Assembly: GCA_028534125.1 (NCBI GenBank)
Contig: CM052816.1
Span: 80,540,001 to 80,604,000 of the forward strand
DNA length: 64,000 nt
Origin: Lama glama
Lineage: Eukaryota
Reading direction: 5' to 3'
Part shown: in pieces, positions 49,725-61,755 of the stretch
Layout: every line of letters starts with the position of its first letter
How positions within the stretch are numbered: position 1 is the stretch's first letter
Program-made: the position numbers and the translations under genes
The notes under the pieces: generated by a model
The model's database searches: none
Seen by the model: the letters and a program-made list of their open reading frames with translations, nothing else
What the model was told of the DNA's origin: nothing

Positions 49725-50302
49725 AGCCCCCAGGAGCCTGCAGTGGTTATCTTATTTGGAAAGTTCAGACCTGTGCAGATGTGATTAAGCAAAAGGGTAT
49801 TGAATTGGGGAGAGTATCCTGGATTATTTATCCACTTGGGCCCTCAATTCCTTCAGAGTCCTTATAGGAGAGATAGAAGGAAATTTCAAACACAAATGCT
49901 TGTGCACGCGCACGCGCACACACACACACAAAGGAGAAGCATTATGAAGATGGAGGAGAAAGAGATTTGAAGATGCTGACCTTGACCAGAAATTGACACA
50001 TTGTAACTAACTGTACTTCAATAGAAAATTTAAAAATTAAAGAAAATGAAAAATAAAATAAAAAATTGGAGTGATGAGCCACAAGCCAGGGAACGCTGGC
50101 AGCCACCCCACGCTGAAAGGAGCAAGGAATGGATCTGCCCTAGCGCCTCTGGAGGGAGTCAGCCCTGCCGCCACCTTGACTTCATCCCAGTAACACTGAC
50201 TTGGATGTCCAGCCTCTAGAGCTCTAAGAAACTAGTTTTTCTGTTGTTTTCAGCCACCAAGTTTGTGGTGGTTTGTTACTGCAGCCACAGGCTTACTAAT
50301 TA
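49725..50302 (+). mobile_element. MLT1D/E-type MaLR LTR containing a (CA)n tract and a short L1 tail
   Basis: gcagatgtgattaag ... agccacaagccagggaacgctggcagccacc ... gccaccaagtttgtggtggtttgttactgcagcc. Confidence 0.8.
49986..50065 (+). mobile_element. About 80-bp young L1 terminus inserted in MLT1
   Basis: ccagaaattgacacattgtaactaactgtacttcaat plus A-rich tail; matches 23399-23435. Confidence 0.75.
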
Positions 50303-51376
50303 ATGCAAGCATAACCTAAAAGCAGGGAAAGAGAAGAGGCCATCTCTCTACCAAGTCATAGAAGTGCCAGAGCTTGGAAAACCATGTGATTAGGGTTTCC
50401 TCAGAGCATGTGACAAAGGATTTGTGGAATAGCACAAATATTTCACTTCCTAAGAAAGCTAGCAGCCAGCAGGACTCTAGGAGATACATGCCCTTCGGCA
50501 AGATGGAGCCCTTGTTGTCAGGGCTGGGACCAGCAGTCAGGCTTCTGGGTGCTTTGCCGGACGCCCTGCCTCCTGGTCACTGTCCACGGTCCCTATTCTC
50601 TTTGGGGCTTTGTGGTTAATTGGCATCTCTTTACCTCATGTTCTAAGAGCAGCATTGTTAGGACGAGGTGACTGACACTTTGGGTTTTTTTTCCTGGAAT
50701 GCTTCCTAAGCTGAGTACATGGATACAGCATGTTGATTTAGAGCAAACTTTTGAAATGGATCAATTACTCAGCTCCCTCTCACAGAGTCTGTAATGAAGC
50801 CCTGGCAGTTAGAATGGAAGTGCTGATGGCCACAACCAGCCCTGTGCCATCCCGGTCAGCACAAGTGTGACATCCAGTGCCCAGGTTTTCTGGTGAGCTG
50901 CTGGTCATTTCTGCAGCTGCCGCTGCTGCCATTCCACATCATTACACTTCAAAGGGAGGAAAACAATCCATCCTGTTCCCCCAGTTTCTGCTGTTGTGTT
51001 GGAAATTTAACTTCCTCCAATTCCCTCTAAACAGTGTGAAGATTACACTTAAGGAAGAAGAACAAAGCATATGTAATTTGGCAAGCTTTTTAAAATCTTT
51101 ATCATTTGGTAGCATTTTTGTTTTGATTTCCCTTTGGTATCTATTTCCCAGGGTCTGAGTTTGTTGTTTCTATACATGATTAATGCCTGAGCACCATTTG
51201 TGGTCCTTTAAGATCAACAAAATTAGCAGATCATGCCTGAATTTACCTAGTTCAGACCTCAAACTAAAGGCACAGCTTTCGGAGAGGGATATTAATGATC
51301 CCAATAGTGGGTTTTTTTTTTTTTTGAACTTGAAAGTAAAATATATGCCCTTATTTTTATTTTTATGCCCAAGGTG

Positions 51377-51378
<2 letters not shown>

Positions 51379-51418
<40 letters not shown>
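51379..51418. repeat. (AC)20 microsatellite
   Basis: Perfect 40-bp dinucleotide run. Confidence 0.95.
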
Positions 51419-51420
<2 letters not shown>

Positions 51421-52029
51421 ATACTTACATGCATACATATATACATTTATGTTTAAAATTTATGGTACCTGTATTTAGAGGGTTACTTGACCCCAGCTAG
51501 CTAATTTTATTGAAATTTCATATCTAATATTTATTTGTTCTCATGATATGTAAACACACACATATATATTTTTTCCTTTCCCTAAATCTGTATTTGTTTA
51601 TTTAATGTATCTGGACTAAAATCTTTATCAGAAGTTACAACTCGAAACTTCACCCACAGTGCTTTTATTACGTAGTTCATTTTTGTTGAAATGCATAAGG
51701 CTCTCTAACTTGGTCAGAGATTTTGACTCATGAAAATGTTAAGTAAATACCACACGTGGCAGCTACAATTTCTGAAAATGCATTCTGAAGTAGGATATGA
51801 TGAGCTAAATAGAATTCCATGGAATATTCCAATATAATGGATAACGTACAGAAGTCCTTCTTATTTACCATTGCATTTCAGCTTCCCATGATATTCATGG
51901 TAAAGTTAGGGGGTAGAGGGTGGGTACTATTCCCAGGGGGGAAACAAGGAGTTATGAGTTCAGAGAAATGGAATGCCATGCCTCAGGGTAAAGAGGTAGA
52001 GGGAAATGAGCAATTTTTAAGAACCCACT

Positions 52030-52650
52030 ATTTTTCTTCTTTTTTCCTTTTTCTTTTGCTTTATTTATTTACTTTTTTATTGATGAACCTACATTAACAC
52101 ATCATAATCACCCAAAGTCCATTGTTTACTAAAGAGTTCTCACCCACTCTCATAGAATGTTGTACACTCTATGGGTTTGGACAAGTATATAGTGACATAT
52201 ACCTGTCATTATAGTACCATACAGAGCAGTTTCACTGCCCTAAAAATCCCCTGTGCTCTGCCTATTCATCTCTGCTTCCTTCCTGACCGCTGACAACCAC
52301 TGACCCTTTCACTGTCTCCATAGTTTTGCCTCTTCCAGAACATCGTATAGTGGGGTACATACAGTATACAGCCTTTTCAGATTGCCCTCTTTCCACTTAG
52401 TAATGAACATTTAAGGTTTTTGCATGTCTTTTCATGGCTTGATAGCTCATTTCTTTTTAGTGTGAAGAATATTCCACTGTCTGGATGGACCACAGTTTAT
52501 CCATTCACTTTCTGAAGGACATTCTTGGTTGCTTCCAAGCTTTGGCAATTATGAATAAAGCTGCTGTCAGTATCCATGTGCAGATTTTTGTGTGACCATA
52601 AAATGTTCAGCTCCTTTGGTTAAATACCAAGAAGCATGATTTCGGGACTG
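52030..52650 (-). mobile_element. Ancient L1 (L1MC-like) 3' fragment
   Basis: gtttcactgccctaaaaatcccctgtgctctgcctattcatc ... ttggcaattatgaataaagctgct; flanked by AGAACCCACT direct repeats (52020-52029 and 52651-52660). Confidence 0.8.
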
Positions 52651-53699
52651 AGAACCCACTCTGCTTTAAGCCCTTTCCATATTGCCAGATCACTTATTCA
52701 TGTTAGCCACCCTGACTGTTAGGTACTTTTATGCCATTGTACAGATGAGGACACTAAAATCTTCACAAGAATTGTCCCGAGTCTCTTAGCTACAAGAGGT
52801 AGAGCCAAGATTTGAACCTAGATCTGTCTGCTGAGAATTCTATGCTGGGCTAGGATACCATGCTACTGCCTGGGATCTCAGGATGAACAGGTTTGGGGGC
52901 TAAAACCAGAACCCCAAAATTTAAAATATTTCTCACACATTAAAACACAATGAAAATGCTATAAACAAGTGGAAGATTCTAACTCCAAAGCTAAATCATA
53001 CACACAAATTCACAAGGGGATAAAAGAAACAAAATTAAGTTGATTTGATTTTCTAAAGAATAAATAATAAATGTCGATTGCTGTGTTAATATTATTTGTT
53101 TTTAAAAGCTTAGTTCAGTTGTTTCCTTCGATATGAATTTCAAATTGCAACACTTTCCTCTGTCACCTAATTTTCATTATCTCTGAAGAGTTCATCCCCA
53201 TCCTTCAGAGCTGTCACTTCCCCTACTCAAATGACTCAATGTGCAAGATTTAATCTTTTATTTCTGGATTATTGTCCTTCAGTAATAATTTATTTCTACA
53301 TCCAATTTGGACATTCTGTGTCCTTTCCCAAATGAGTACTTTGGACAGATTTTTTTTAAAGATTTAATAATTTCTGGTAATCTAAGCATAAGAAATACGT
53401 GTTACATGGCTTTCAGGATGAAAGTCTTGAGTACATGGTCCAGGATGGAGTAGCCTGTCAAGAAAGAAAAATCTTTGGAATTGAAAGTGTATCTGACTCC
53501 AGAAAGAGGTCATTTGAGTCTCTTCCCCCTCTTGACTTCTCTCTGAACTTTGGTTTACAGCAAAGCAGAGCTCTGTGAGGCTACAGCTGTGATGGTGCCC
53601 AGCACATCCAAAGTGCTTCATAAACTCCAACAGCAATTCTTTCCACCCCGGAAGCTGCATAGAGGTTTCAGTGCAAAAAGAATAGCTCGTGGTTTAAAT

Positions 53700-53920
53700 C
53701 CAAGTTTCTTAACCTTAGCACTAGAGCAACCTGAAGCTGGGTAATTCTTTGCCATGGGAGCTGTCCTGTTCATTATGGAGAATTTCATAGCGTCCTTGTT
53801 CTCTACGCACCAGACCCCAAGAGCACACCTCCACCTTGTGACAACCAAAAATGTCTTCAGACATTCCCAAATGAACTCTGGGAAGGTGACTATGGGGCTC
53901 TCCACTGGTTGAGAACTACC
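53700..53920. mobile_element. MER20 hAT-Charlie element
   Basis: ttgtgacaaccaaaaatgtcttcagacattcccaaatg ... ctggttgagaactac; homologous to 47270-47487. Confidence 0.75.
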
Positions 53921-54567
53921 AATCTCAATGAAAGGAATAAGGTCATTGAGGCTGGGAAAAGTCCATGAGAGGTGAGAGAGGAATGAGCACAGTGTGTGCA
54001 GGGGACCACAAGAAAGCTAGAGAAGATGAGGTGGGACCAACAGGATTCAGTCAGAATAAGGAGACACTGTGTATAAAGGTCAAGGAAGCTATAGTGCTTA
54101 TATCGTAATAATGGTTATTATGTTGAAATTTGGAATGTCAATTGAATTTGATTTTGGAATGTACCTAAATGCTATTAGGGAAAATATGAGTACAAATAAT
54201 AGTTTTAAAAATTGGTATTTTTAAAGAAATTACTATCTGAGCAAGAGTTTAACAAATTCAGATTAGGACTTTCAGTTTTCTGTGTAATAAGGGTTAGAGT
54301 TTATTTTTATATTTTATTGATTTATTGGTAGTCAGAGCTGCCTGAGCAAGCGCTGGTGTGGGAATGGGTGGAAGATACAGATCCTTCTACTTGATCTCAG
54401 AAGGTGTCCAAACGACAGTAAACTTTTCCAGGACAGCTACAGGTTCTTTGTGGGTCTCAAAACACGCTCACTTCTTTATTTTACTTAATCCATAAGAAAA
54501 CAACAATCTGTTCTTTGTAGAAAAAATTTAAAGATAAACAATCAAATGTTTATTTGGTATCATAACA

Positions 54568-54736
54568 CCAGTGATTTCTAATCCTGACTTCATATGAAAG
54601 TCATCAAGAATCTCAAAAAACACTGATACCTTGGGCCCTACCTGCAAGAGATTCTGGTCAACCAATATAGCAATAACCCCCGAACACTGATCATTTTTTT
54701 TAAGTTCCCCAAGTGATGCACAGTGAGAATCATTGA
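54568..54736. mobile_element. MER5-type MITE
   Basis: CAGTGATTTCTAA ... aagttccccaagtgatg ... TGAGAATCATTG. Confidence 0.6.
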
Positions 54737-56610
54737 TAGAGCCCCAGTCCTTGAGGCTTTTACATAGTAACTGGAATGAGAAGATTGACTAACCTGTAGG
54801 GACTAAAGAATAGAAGGCAATGTAATACCAATCATCCAGTTGTGTGTCAGGTGTGACTGATGTCATGGATGTTCTGGTACGAGAACAATCAATGGCAAAA
54901 ATGGAAAACGTCAGGTTAGGTTGTTGTTGAGTCTGTGCTGAGTAAGCCAGAAAGGTTGTCTTGTTGAGGTGGATAAGTGTGTGGGCTGGGTCTTTTGTCT
55001 TGCTGAGTTCTTCGCATGTTACATTGTCCTTCTCACCAGACACTGAGCATGTTAACAGTCTTCTGTCACAAATCTTCTATGAACATAAATATAAAACAAT
55101 ATTCTTTTACAAGTCTCCTGGAAGAGGTGGGATTATGGCAGACACCAAAAAGAATGAGACAGACAACGGAGAACAATTGGCAATAGCTCGTGAGCCCAGG
55201 GCCTGGGAGACCTTTGCAGGGAAATAAAGAGGATGGGTTTCACTTTAAACTAGTGACAAACATATGTGAGGTATCCCCAGGGGACTGTGGAGAAAATTTC
55301 AGGAGGAGAAAATAAGAAAGTCCATTATCACTTTGTGATGCCATAGCTGAAAGCCTTGTAGCAAGTAATTAGATGCATTAGACTTTTGGTCGGCTCAGAT
55401 TAAGGCCCCTCCAGAATGGCATTTGATATATTCGATAATGTGTCTGGCCTCCCTTAGAAATGTCAGAGGTAGGACAAAGTGATTAGATTAATACAGGGGG
55501 CATTTATTTGGTGTCATGTCCATATGATTCCAATATTAGCTCTTTATCCACACAAGATGGCCAAATGTTAAACACGAAAGAATAAATAAGTAATCTTAAT
55601 TACTTGCTAAGTGAAGAATATAATAGAATTGAGGAAGAGCTTTCTTCTAATATTTTTAACCAGATGAAAAGGATAAGGATCAAGGATCTACCCAGATAAA
55701 TCCAGTATTTTGTAAACATAAGTAATAGTACAAAGTTTTATCTTCTTCAGAATTCAATACTTTCTCAAGGCCAGAAGGCTCCCTTAAAGTCAGGATTGAA
55801 GGACTTCACATGCTATATTATTTCTCCCATGAAAAAGAGAGAAATATTCCATTTTATTCCTGCACAGAGAGATGAACACAAAGGCCATACAGCTAAGCAG
55901 TGGTGGACCCAAACCACACTGGATTAAGACGCCTGTTCCATATTTTGTATTGAGGAAGATTTGTGCAATGATGGAGAAGGGAAAAAAGAGAAGGCTCTTT
56001 GTCACTTTCAAAAGCTACTTCTGTGTAACCGCTGGGCTCACATCCTAGAATCTTAAGTCCGTCATCCATGATAATGGGGTAGAGAGAGAGTACACCTCCT
56101 CATTTTTCCATAGAGAATCCAGGTTAATTTAGCCAACAGTTTCAACTATTCAACCTATCAAGAACAGCTGACAAAAAAGAAATGACCTTATTTGATAAGT
56201 TTCTCTTTTTCCTACCCCTTTCTGATTAAAGGGACCCATGAAAATATTAATAGGTAGATAGAGGGAGATCAGGTGGGGGAATCATGGCAATCCCCCTGCC
56301 TGATCACCTCCTAAATCATTGAAAATTAGTGTTTAAGTACCTGCTTTACATTGAGATAGAAAAACATTCATTTAGGAGCCAAGAGACCTAGGAAAATAGT
56401 GACTTTAAATGAGTGTTGGGGATTAACCGAAATACAAGTATATGTCCAGTGCCTAGTACAGAGCTCGACGTCATACCAGTTCATCATTGGTAACTGTTGT
56501 TGTTTTGACTGCTGAAGGATTGAGTTGGTAGGATGCCAAGCCCTGTGCTATGCACTGGACATAAACTGGTATTTTGTTAATCCTCAACACTCTTTTAAAG
56601 TCAGGGTTGT

Positions 56611-56752
56611 GGGGAAGGATATAGCTCAGTGGTAGAGTGTGTGTTTAGCCCACACAGGGTCTTGGGTTCATTTCCCAGTACCTCTGTTAAAAAATAAATA
56701 AATGACCCTAATTCCTTCCTCGGTCAAAATTTTTTTTTAATTTAAAAAATTG
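56611..56752 (+). mobile_element. tRNA-derived SINE, camelid vic-1-like, inserted in a MIR
   Basis: GGGGAAGGATATAGCTCAGTGGTAGAG (A box), GGGTTCATTTCCCAGTACCTC (B box), AT-rich tail. TSD AGTCAGGGTTGT (56599-56610) / AGTCAGCATTGT (56753-56764). Confidence 0.8.
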
Positions 56753-57115
56753 AGTCAGCATTGTTACATCTATTTAACAGATAAGGAGAGTAAGGCTTAA
56801 ACTCACTTGAAGTTGTACAACGGAAAACTGGACCTCAGGTTTCTTGACTGAAAAGAGGGCTTTTTTTTTTTTCACATTTAAAAATATCCTTACTGAGCAT
56901 CTACTTATGCCAAGTATTCTTTTGGGTTTTGGAGCTGTGATTGAACAAGCTAGTCTTAGCCCTGTCTGCAGAGCGCCCTCCACTGTATGGGAGCATCTTC
57001 AAGAACCTCCCAGCTCTGTCACGGGCACTTCTGCTCCTGGTTTCCTTGCAGGGGTTGAACTGAGAGTGTATAGACTGTGGGTGATCTTCCCTCACATGCC
57101 CGTGTGTGTCTGCAG

Positions 57116-57326
57116 GTGGTGGGCAGGGGAGTGGGAAGCATGTTCGGCCACGTGCGGGCCCCACGGAGAGAAGAAGCGGGTGGTGCTGTGCATCCAGACC
57201 ATGGGCTCCGACGAGCAGGCTCTCCCGGCTGAAGACTGCCAGCACCTGCTGAAGCCGAAGACCCTCATTTCCTGCAACCGAGACATCCTGTGCCCATCGG
57301 ACTGGACAGTGGGCAACTGGAGTGAG
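57116..57326 (+). CDS. ADAMTS12: ADAMTS12 internal exon, TSR3 and start of TSR4
   Basis: Acceptor gtgtgtctgcAG, donor GAG|GTGAGC; 211 nt, phase 2-0. Encodes (R)[70 protein letters not shown]. Confidence 0.97.
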
Positions 57327-57538
57327 GTGAGCTCAGGGGTTACAAGGGAAGCCCGCGTTGTTGGTGCTTCATCAGCCCCGCCCCCATCCCTCTACACTAG
57401 CCAATCCAAAGTGCCCCCGGGTGAAATTGCACCGCTGGCCAGTGTTCTTCACTTCGGGCCTGTTTCCTGCATTTCCCACCACCCAGTATCGTGTCTTGGC
57501 TTGTTTTTCATTCTTCCAGGATCTCCCTCTCACTTGTC

Positions 57539-57705
57539 CAGTGGTCAGATACCAGCCAGGGGGCAGCTAGATCTCACGCAAACAGGCTTCCAACAGCCAA
57601 TCGTAAATCTTTAGGATTTTTCTTGGCCCATTTGTTAAACCATTGGTAGCAAATCGAGGCTCCCTCACCTTCCTCAAGAGCTGGTTTGTCAAACATTTAC
57701 TGGTA
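57539..57705. mobile_element. MER63-like hAT fragment
   Basis: cagccaatcgtaaatctttaggatttttcttggcccatttgttaaac resembles the recalled MER63 terminus. Confidence 0.35.
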
Positions 57706-60057
57706 GTTATGTTTCATACAAAAACCAAAGGAGGGCCACTCTGATGGGGGAGCGGCAGGCAGTACACTTGACACTTGGAGAAGCCCCTCAAATCATCCGT
57801 CTGTTCAGACCTGACCAAGGTTTAGGTTGTGTACTATTATCAGTCACATACATTCAGATAGTGTTGCATTTCCCCCAAGTTAATTGAATCTAATTCTCCG
57901 AGTATAGTTAGAAATCCATGGGCTAGAAGGTCAGGAGAGACTCCCAGGCTTTAATTTTCTTTGGGTCGCCATGGACCCTGGTGCTGTCAGGCCTGGTGCT
58001 CCCAGAGGCTGCAGCAGAAGCAGAGACCTTCTTCCTGCAAGGGTGCTGGAGTCCCCAGGGGCCTGGCTCTGCCTCCCTATGCGTATTTCAATTAACGACC
58101 TAAGGAATTACTAGAAAATGAATGATTCTTGAAAAACCAACAGGCCAGAATTTATCGATCGATGCTGACTTCTTACGAGCTTCCTTGGGAAGCCACGTGG
58201 TTTCCATAGTAACGCTACCATTGACCAGAGTATCTTAGGAATTCCTCTTAGACTCACCTTCAAAGAAATGAAAAATATTTGATTCAGGAGAATGCCACAG
58301 AAAGTCTATTAGAATTAAGTCTGTTCGTTAAAGGAGTAATCTGATTGATCTGGAAAAAGCCTTTGTGTTTAAAGTGGTATTTGATTATAAATAAATGCTA
58401 CTGCTTCTCACAGCTTAAAAAGGTTCTCTGAAAGTATTATCTAAAAAAGAATTCAAAAATGTGTATAAGCAAAGTTACCATCTCTGAAGATAACTATTTG
58501 AAAGCAGAAAACACTCATTTGTATACAGACACTTTGATAACCTTATTTCCAAAATGATTTCATTAGCTCGTAGTCACGGTTTAGGTTTATTTAGCTTCTA
58601 ATTCTGTACAGAATACTCTCTGGAGCATCTGAGAGAAAGTGAAAAGTATGGTCCCTATATTGTAAGAATTTCCCATCAAATGGGACAGCTAGGACCAAAA
58701 CCAGAAAAGTCAAAGGTATGCATGTAAAGAAAACACACCTACAGACGAATGCAGGTGTGTTACTGATACGTGCACACATCAGTAATAGGCCAGAATATCC
58801 CCCTGCTCCTGGGAAGGCACACTCATGGCCTGTGGCTGGCCTGACCTATTAGTCTACCGCCAACCTGGATTGTCGTAAATTACAGTGTTGTCAAAATAAG
58901 GCTGAATGGGGTATGGCTACTGGTCCATTAAATCTGTTTACCAGAAATGTGTTGGCTGCATCCAAAGCAGTTAATAATTCCTGTCATGTAGAATTTACTA
59001 ATTGCCATAATCGTGCTTTTTCAAAGGACTGCAGTTACATGTTTGGCTAAGGCACTCTTTTTATTGTGTTTATGTTTATGAGGAGCGAAATGATGTGCCT
59101 TAACTGGGGAACAAAGGACCAAAAAGTTGGCACAAGATGACAAGTACTCGAGAGTCTGTTGTTTCAAACAGAGCCACCGGGTAGTGTACTGACAGCAGAC
59201 ATGGAATCCAGTTTCTAGCTTCCATTTGACAGAGCCAGACAGAGAAACGGAGCCACTGCCTTCATTCAGGAGATATTGTCAAGAGAGGTGCTTTTAGTTA
59301 AATTGGCATTAAAATGTTCATCGAATGGGGCTTCCTTTCATCCCTCTGCTGTCTTGCTCGTGTCTGCATGAGCCCTTAATGAGCTTTGCTGGAACATGAC
59401 ACATGTCTTTGACGTTCTGACTATGCCAGGATACTTTTTAAAGAGATGATATAGTGATTCTTGCTACACAGAGTATTTCTGGTCTGGATTTTGTCTTGAG
59501 AGCAACAATAATTGATGAAAAGCAGTGTTCCAGCAATACCTGATCACTTGGTCTGCACTGGGCCATTTGGGTCAGCCTGGGTGAGTCTAAAGCTATAATG
59601 TAACTGGGTCAGAAGACCCCAGACCTGTGAGGCTCCTGGACTCCTGTAGAATGGCCTTCGCTGGGCTGCCCAAGGTGGGAAGAAAGAGAAGAGGCAAATA
59701 CATGAGCTGCCCTTCTCTGCCAATCAACTCTGCCAACCCAAGCAGTGAGGGGAGAGTGGCTTATCTGTGCCAGGCTGGACCACTCATCCTTGCCCCAGCA
59801 GGAGTCAGAAGAAGGAGGTCTCTCCCTTGCTAGTGACAGCCAGAGGCTGCCCCCAGGGCCAGCCTTCCTGCCGCACTGTGACCATCCCCTTCCCCTCTAA
59901 GTTTGCGCTGTGGACACCTGACTTCTACTCCCAATCTCAAGTTTCACCAAGAATCTTATCCTGGTTTTGCCCAACCTACTTTCTGGGCTTGGAGGGTAGA
60001 GGGGGCCTCTGTTGTAAACAAAGACAATTATCAAAGTTTCTGTGGCCCCCATAGATA

Positions 60058-60557
60058 NNNNNNNNNNNNNNNNNNNNNNNNNNNNNNNNNNNNNNNNNNN
60101 NNNNNNNNNNNNNNNNNNNNNNNNNNNNNNNNNNNNNNNNNNNNNNNNNNNNNNNNNNNNNNNNNNNNNNNNNNNNNNNNNNNNNNNNNNNNNNNNNNNN
60201 NNNNNNNNNNNNNNNNNNNNNNNNNNNNNNNNNNNNNNNNNNNNNNNNNNNNNNNNNNNNNNNNNNNNNNNNNNNNNNNNNNNNNNNNNNNNNNNNNNNN
60301 NNNNNNNNNNNNNNNNNNNNNNNNNNNNNNNNNNNNNNNNNNNNNNNNNNNNNNNNNNNNNNNNNNNNNNNNNNNNNNNNNNNNNNNNNNNNNNNNNNNN
60401 NNNNNNNNNNNNNNNNNNNNNNNNNNNNNNNNNNNNNNNNNNNNNNNNNNNNNNNNNNNNNNNNNNNNNNNNNNNNNNNNNNNNNNNNNNNNNNNNNNNN
60501 NNNNNNNNNNNNNNNNNNNNNNNNNNNNNNNNNNNNNNNNNNNNNNNNNNNNNNNNN
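60058..60557. other. Assembly gap
   Basis: 500 consecutive N. Confidence 1.
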
Positions 60558-61002
60558 AGTTTGTATTCTATGTCTATGAGTCTGTTTCTGTTTTGTATTT
60601 ATGTTCATTTATCTTTCTCTTTTCTTTTTTTTTTTAGATTCCACGTATAAGCGATCTCATACGGTATTTTTCTTTCTCTTTCTGGCTTACTTCACTTAGA
60701 ATGACATTCTCCAGTTCCATCCATGTTGCTACAAATGGCGTTATGTTGTCGGTTTTTGTGGCGGAATAGTATTCCATCGTATAAATATACCATATCTTCT
60801 TTATCTAGTCATCTGTTGATGGACATTTAGGCTGTTTCCGTGTCTTGGCTATTGTAAATAGTGCTGCTGTGAACACTGGGGTGCAGGTGTCTTTTCGAAG
60901 TAGGGTTCCTTCTAAATATATGCCCAGCCACTGTGGAAAACAGTATGGAGATTCCTCAAAAGACTAGGAATAGACTTACCATATGACCCCAAAATCCCAC
61001 TC
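60558..61002 (-). mobile_element. Young L1 with 5' inversion; 3' end runs into the gap
   Basis: Antisense L1 at 60558-60927 joined to a sense L1 piece at 60925-61002. Confidence 0.85.
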
Positions 61003-61614
61003 TATGAGGTTGATTTTAATTCATGAATTCCCCTCTTTCTCCCAGCAGTTAGATGAATAGATTTAGTGGAATAGTAATTTTTCTAGACATTTTAGCCGTG
61101 GCAAGCCCTAACTGAGCTAATGTTAAACCTCTCTCGGCCTTTTCTCATTTAAAAAGACAGAGTTATTATAAGGTTCGATGATAATCTGTGTGAGCCCTTG
61201 GCATAGTGCCTAGAAAATAAGAAGTGTTCACTAAAGAGTAACTGTATTATTGGACAAGATGACATGCTACTGATTTTGCAAGCCTTGTACAGTCCATGGC
61301 ACCCAGTTGCCCTGATGAAATTGATCTGTGGCCCCTGCATTTTCATCTAACTCCCTCCCGGAGCTCAGGACCATTTTATGCATGGAGTTATTATAAGCCC
61401 AGGGCTAAGAGCCTGCAAGCTTTTTAAGGGCCTACAAAAATGTTTGAAACCTGCAAAATCAAAAAAAAAAAAAAACCCCAAAACTAATGTGTTGCTCCAA
61501 TAGAAAAATGACACTGCAAAATCAGAAATCAGTCTTTAATTACATATTAAAAGCAAATAATTATCAAGCATTTAGTATGTATATCAAACACTTTAATGGG
61601 TATTAGCACAATAT

Positions 61615-61755
61615 CTCACAATAGTCTTCTTAGTCCCTTTTTACTGGTGAAGAAACTGAGGCACAGAGGTATTTAGAAGCTTGTCCAAGGTCACACAGCC
61701 TCCAAGCCATAGAACCAGATTTTGAATGCAAGCAACAGAGCTTTTACTCTGAACA
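61615..61755. mobile_element. MIR SINE
   Basis: tgaagaaactgaggcacagaggtatttagaagcttgtccaaggtcacacagc. Confidence 0.75.

Noticed and set aside
56611..56685. tRNA gene
   Set aside because: Degenerate arms and B box, AT-rich tail and TSD indicate a SINE.
926..57326. ADAMTS7 as alternative identity
   Set aside because: Motifs such as [17 protein letters not shown] and [11 protein letters not shown] match my recall of ADAMTS12, and the large introns fit it. BLAST would settle it.
56844..57614. 256-aa ORF, the longest in the track
   Set aside because: It is the 211-nt ADAMTS12 exon plus intronic read-through on both sides; the flanks are not protein-like.
59903..60650. Long ORFs across the second gap
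   Set aside because: Artefacts of N runs.
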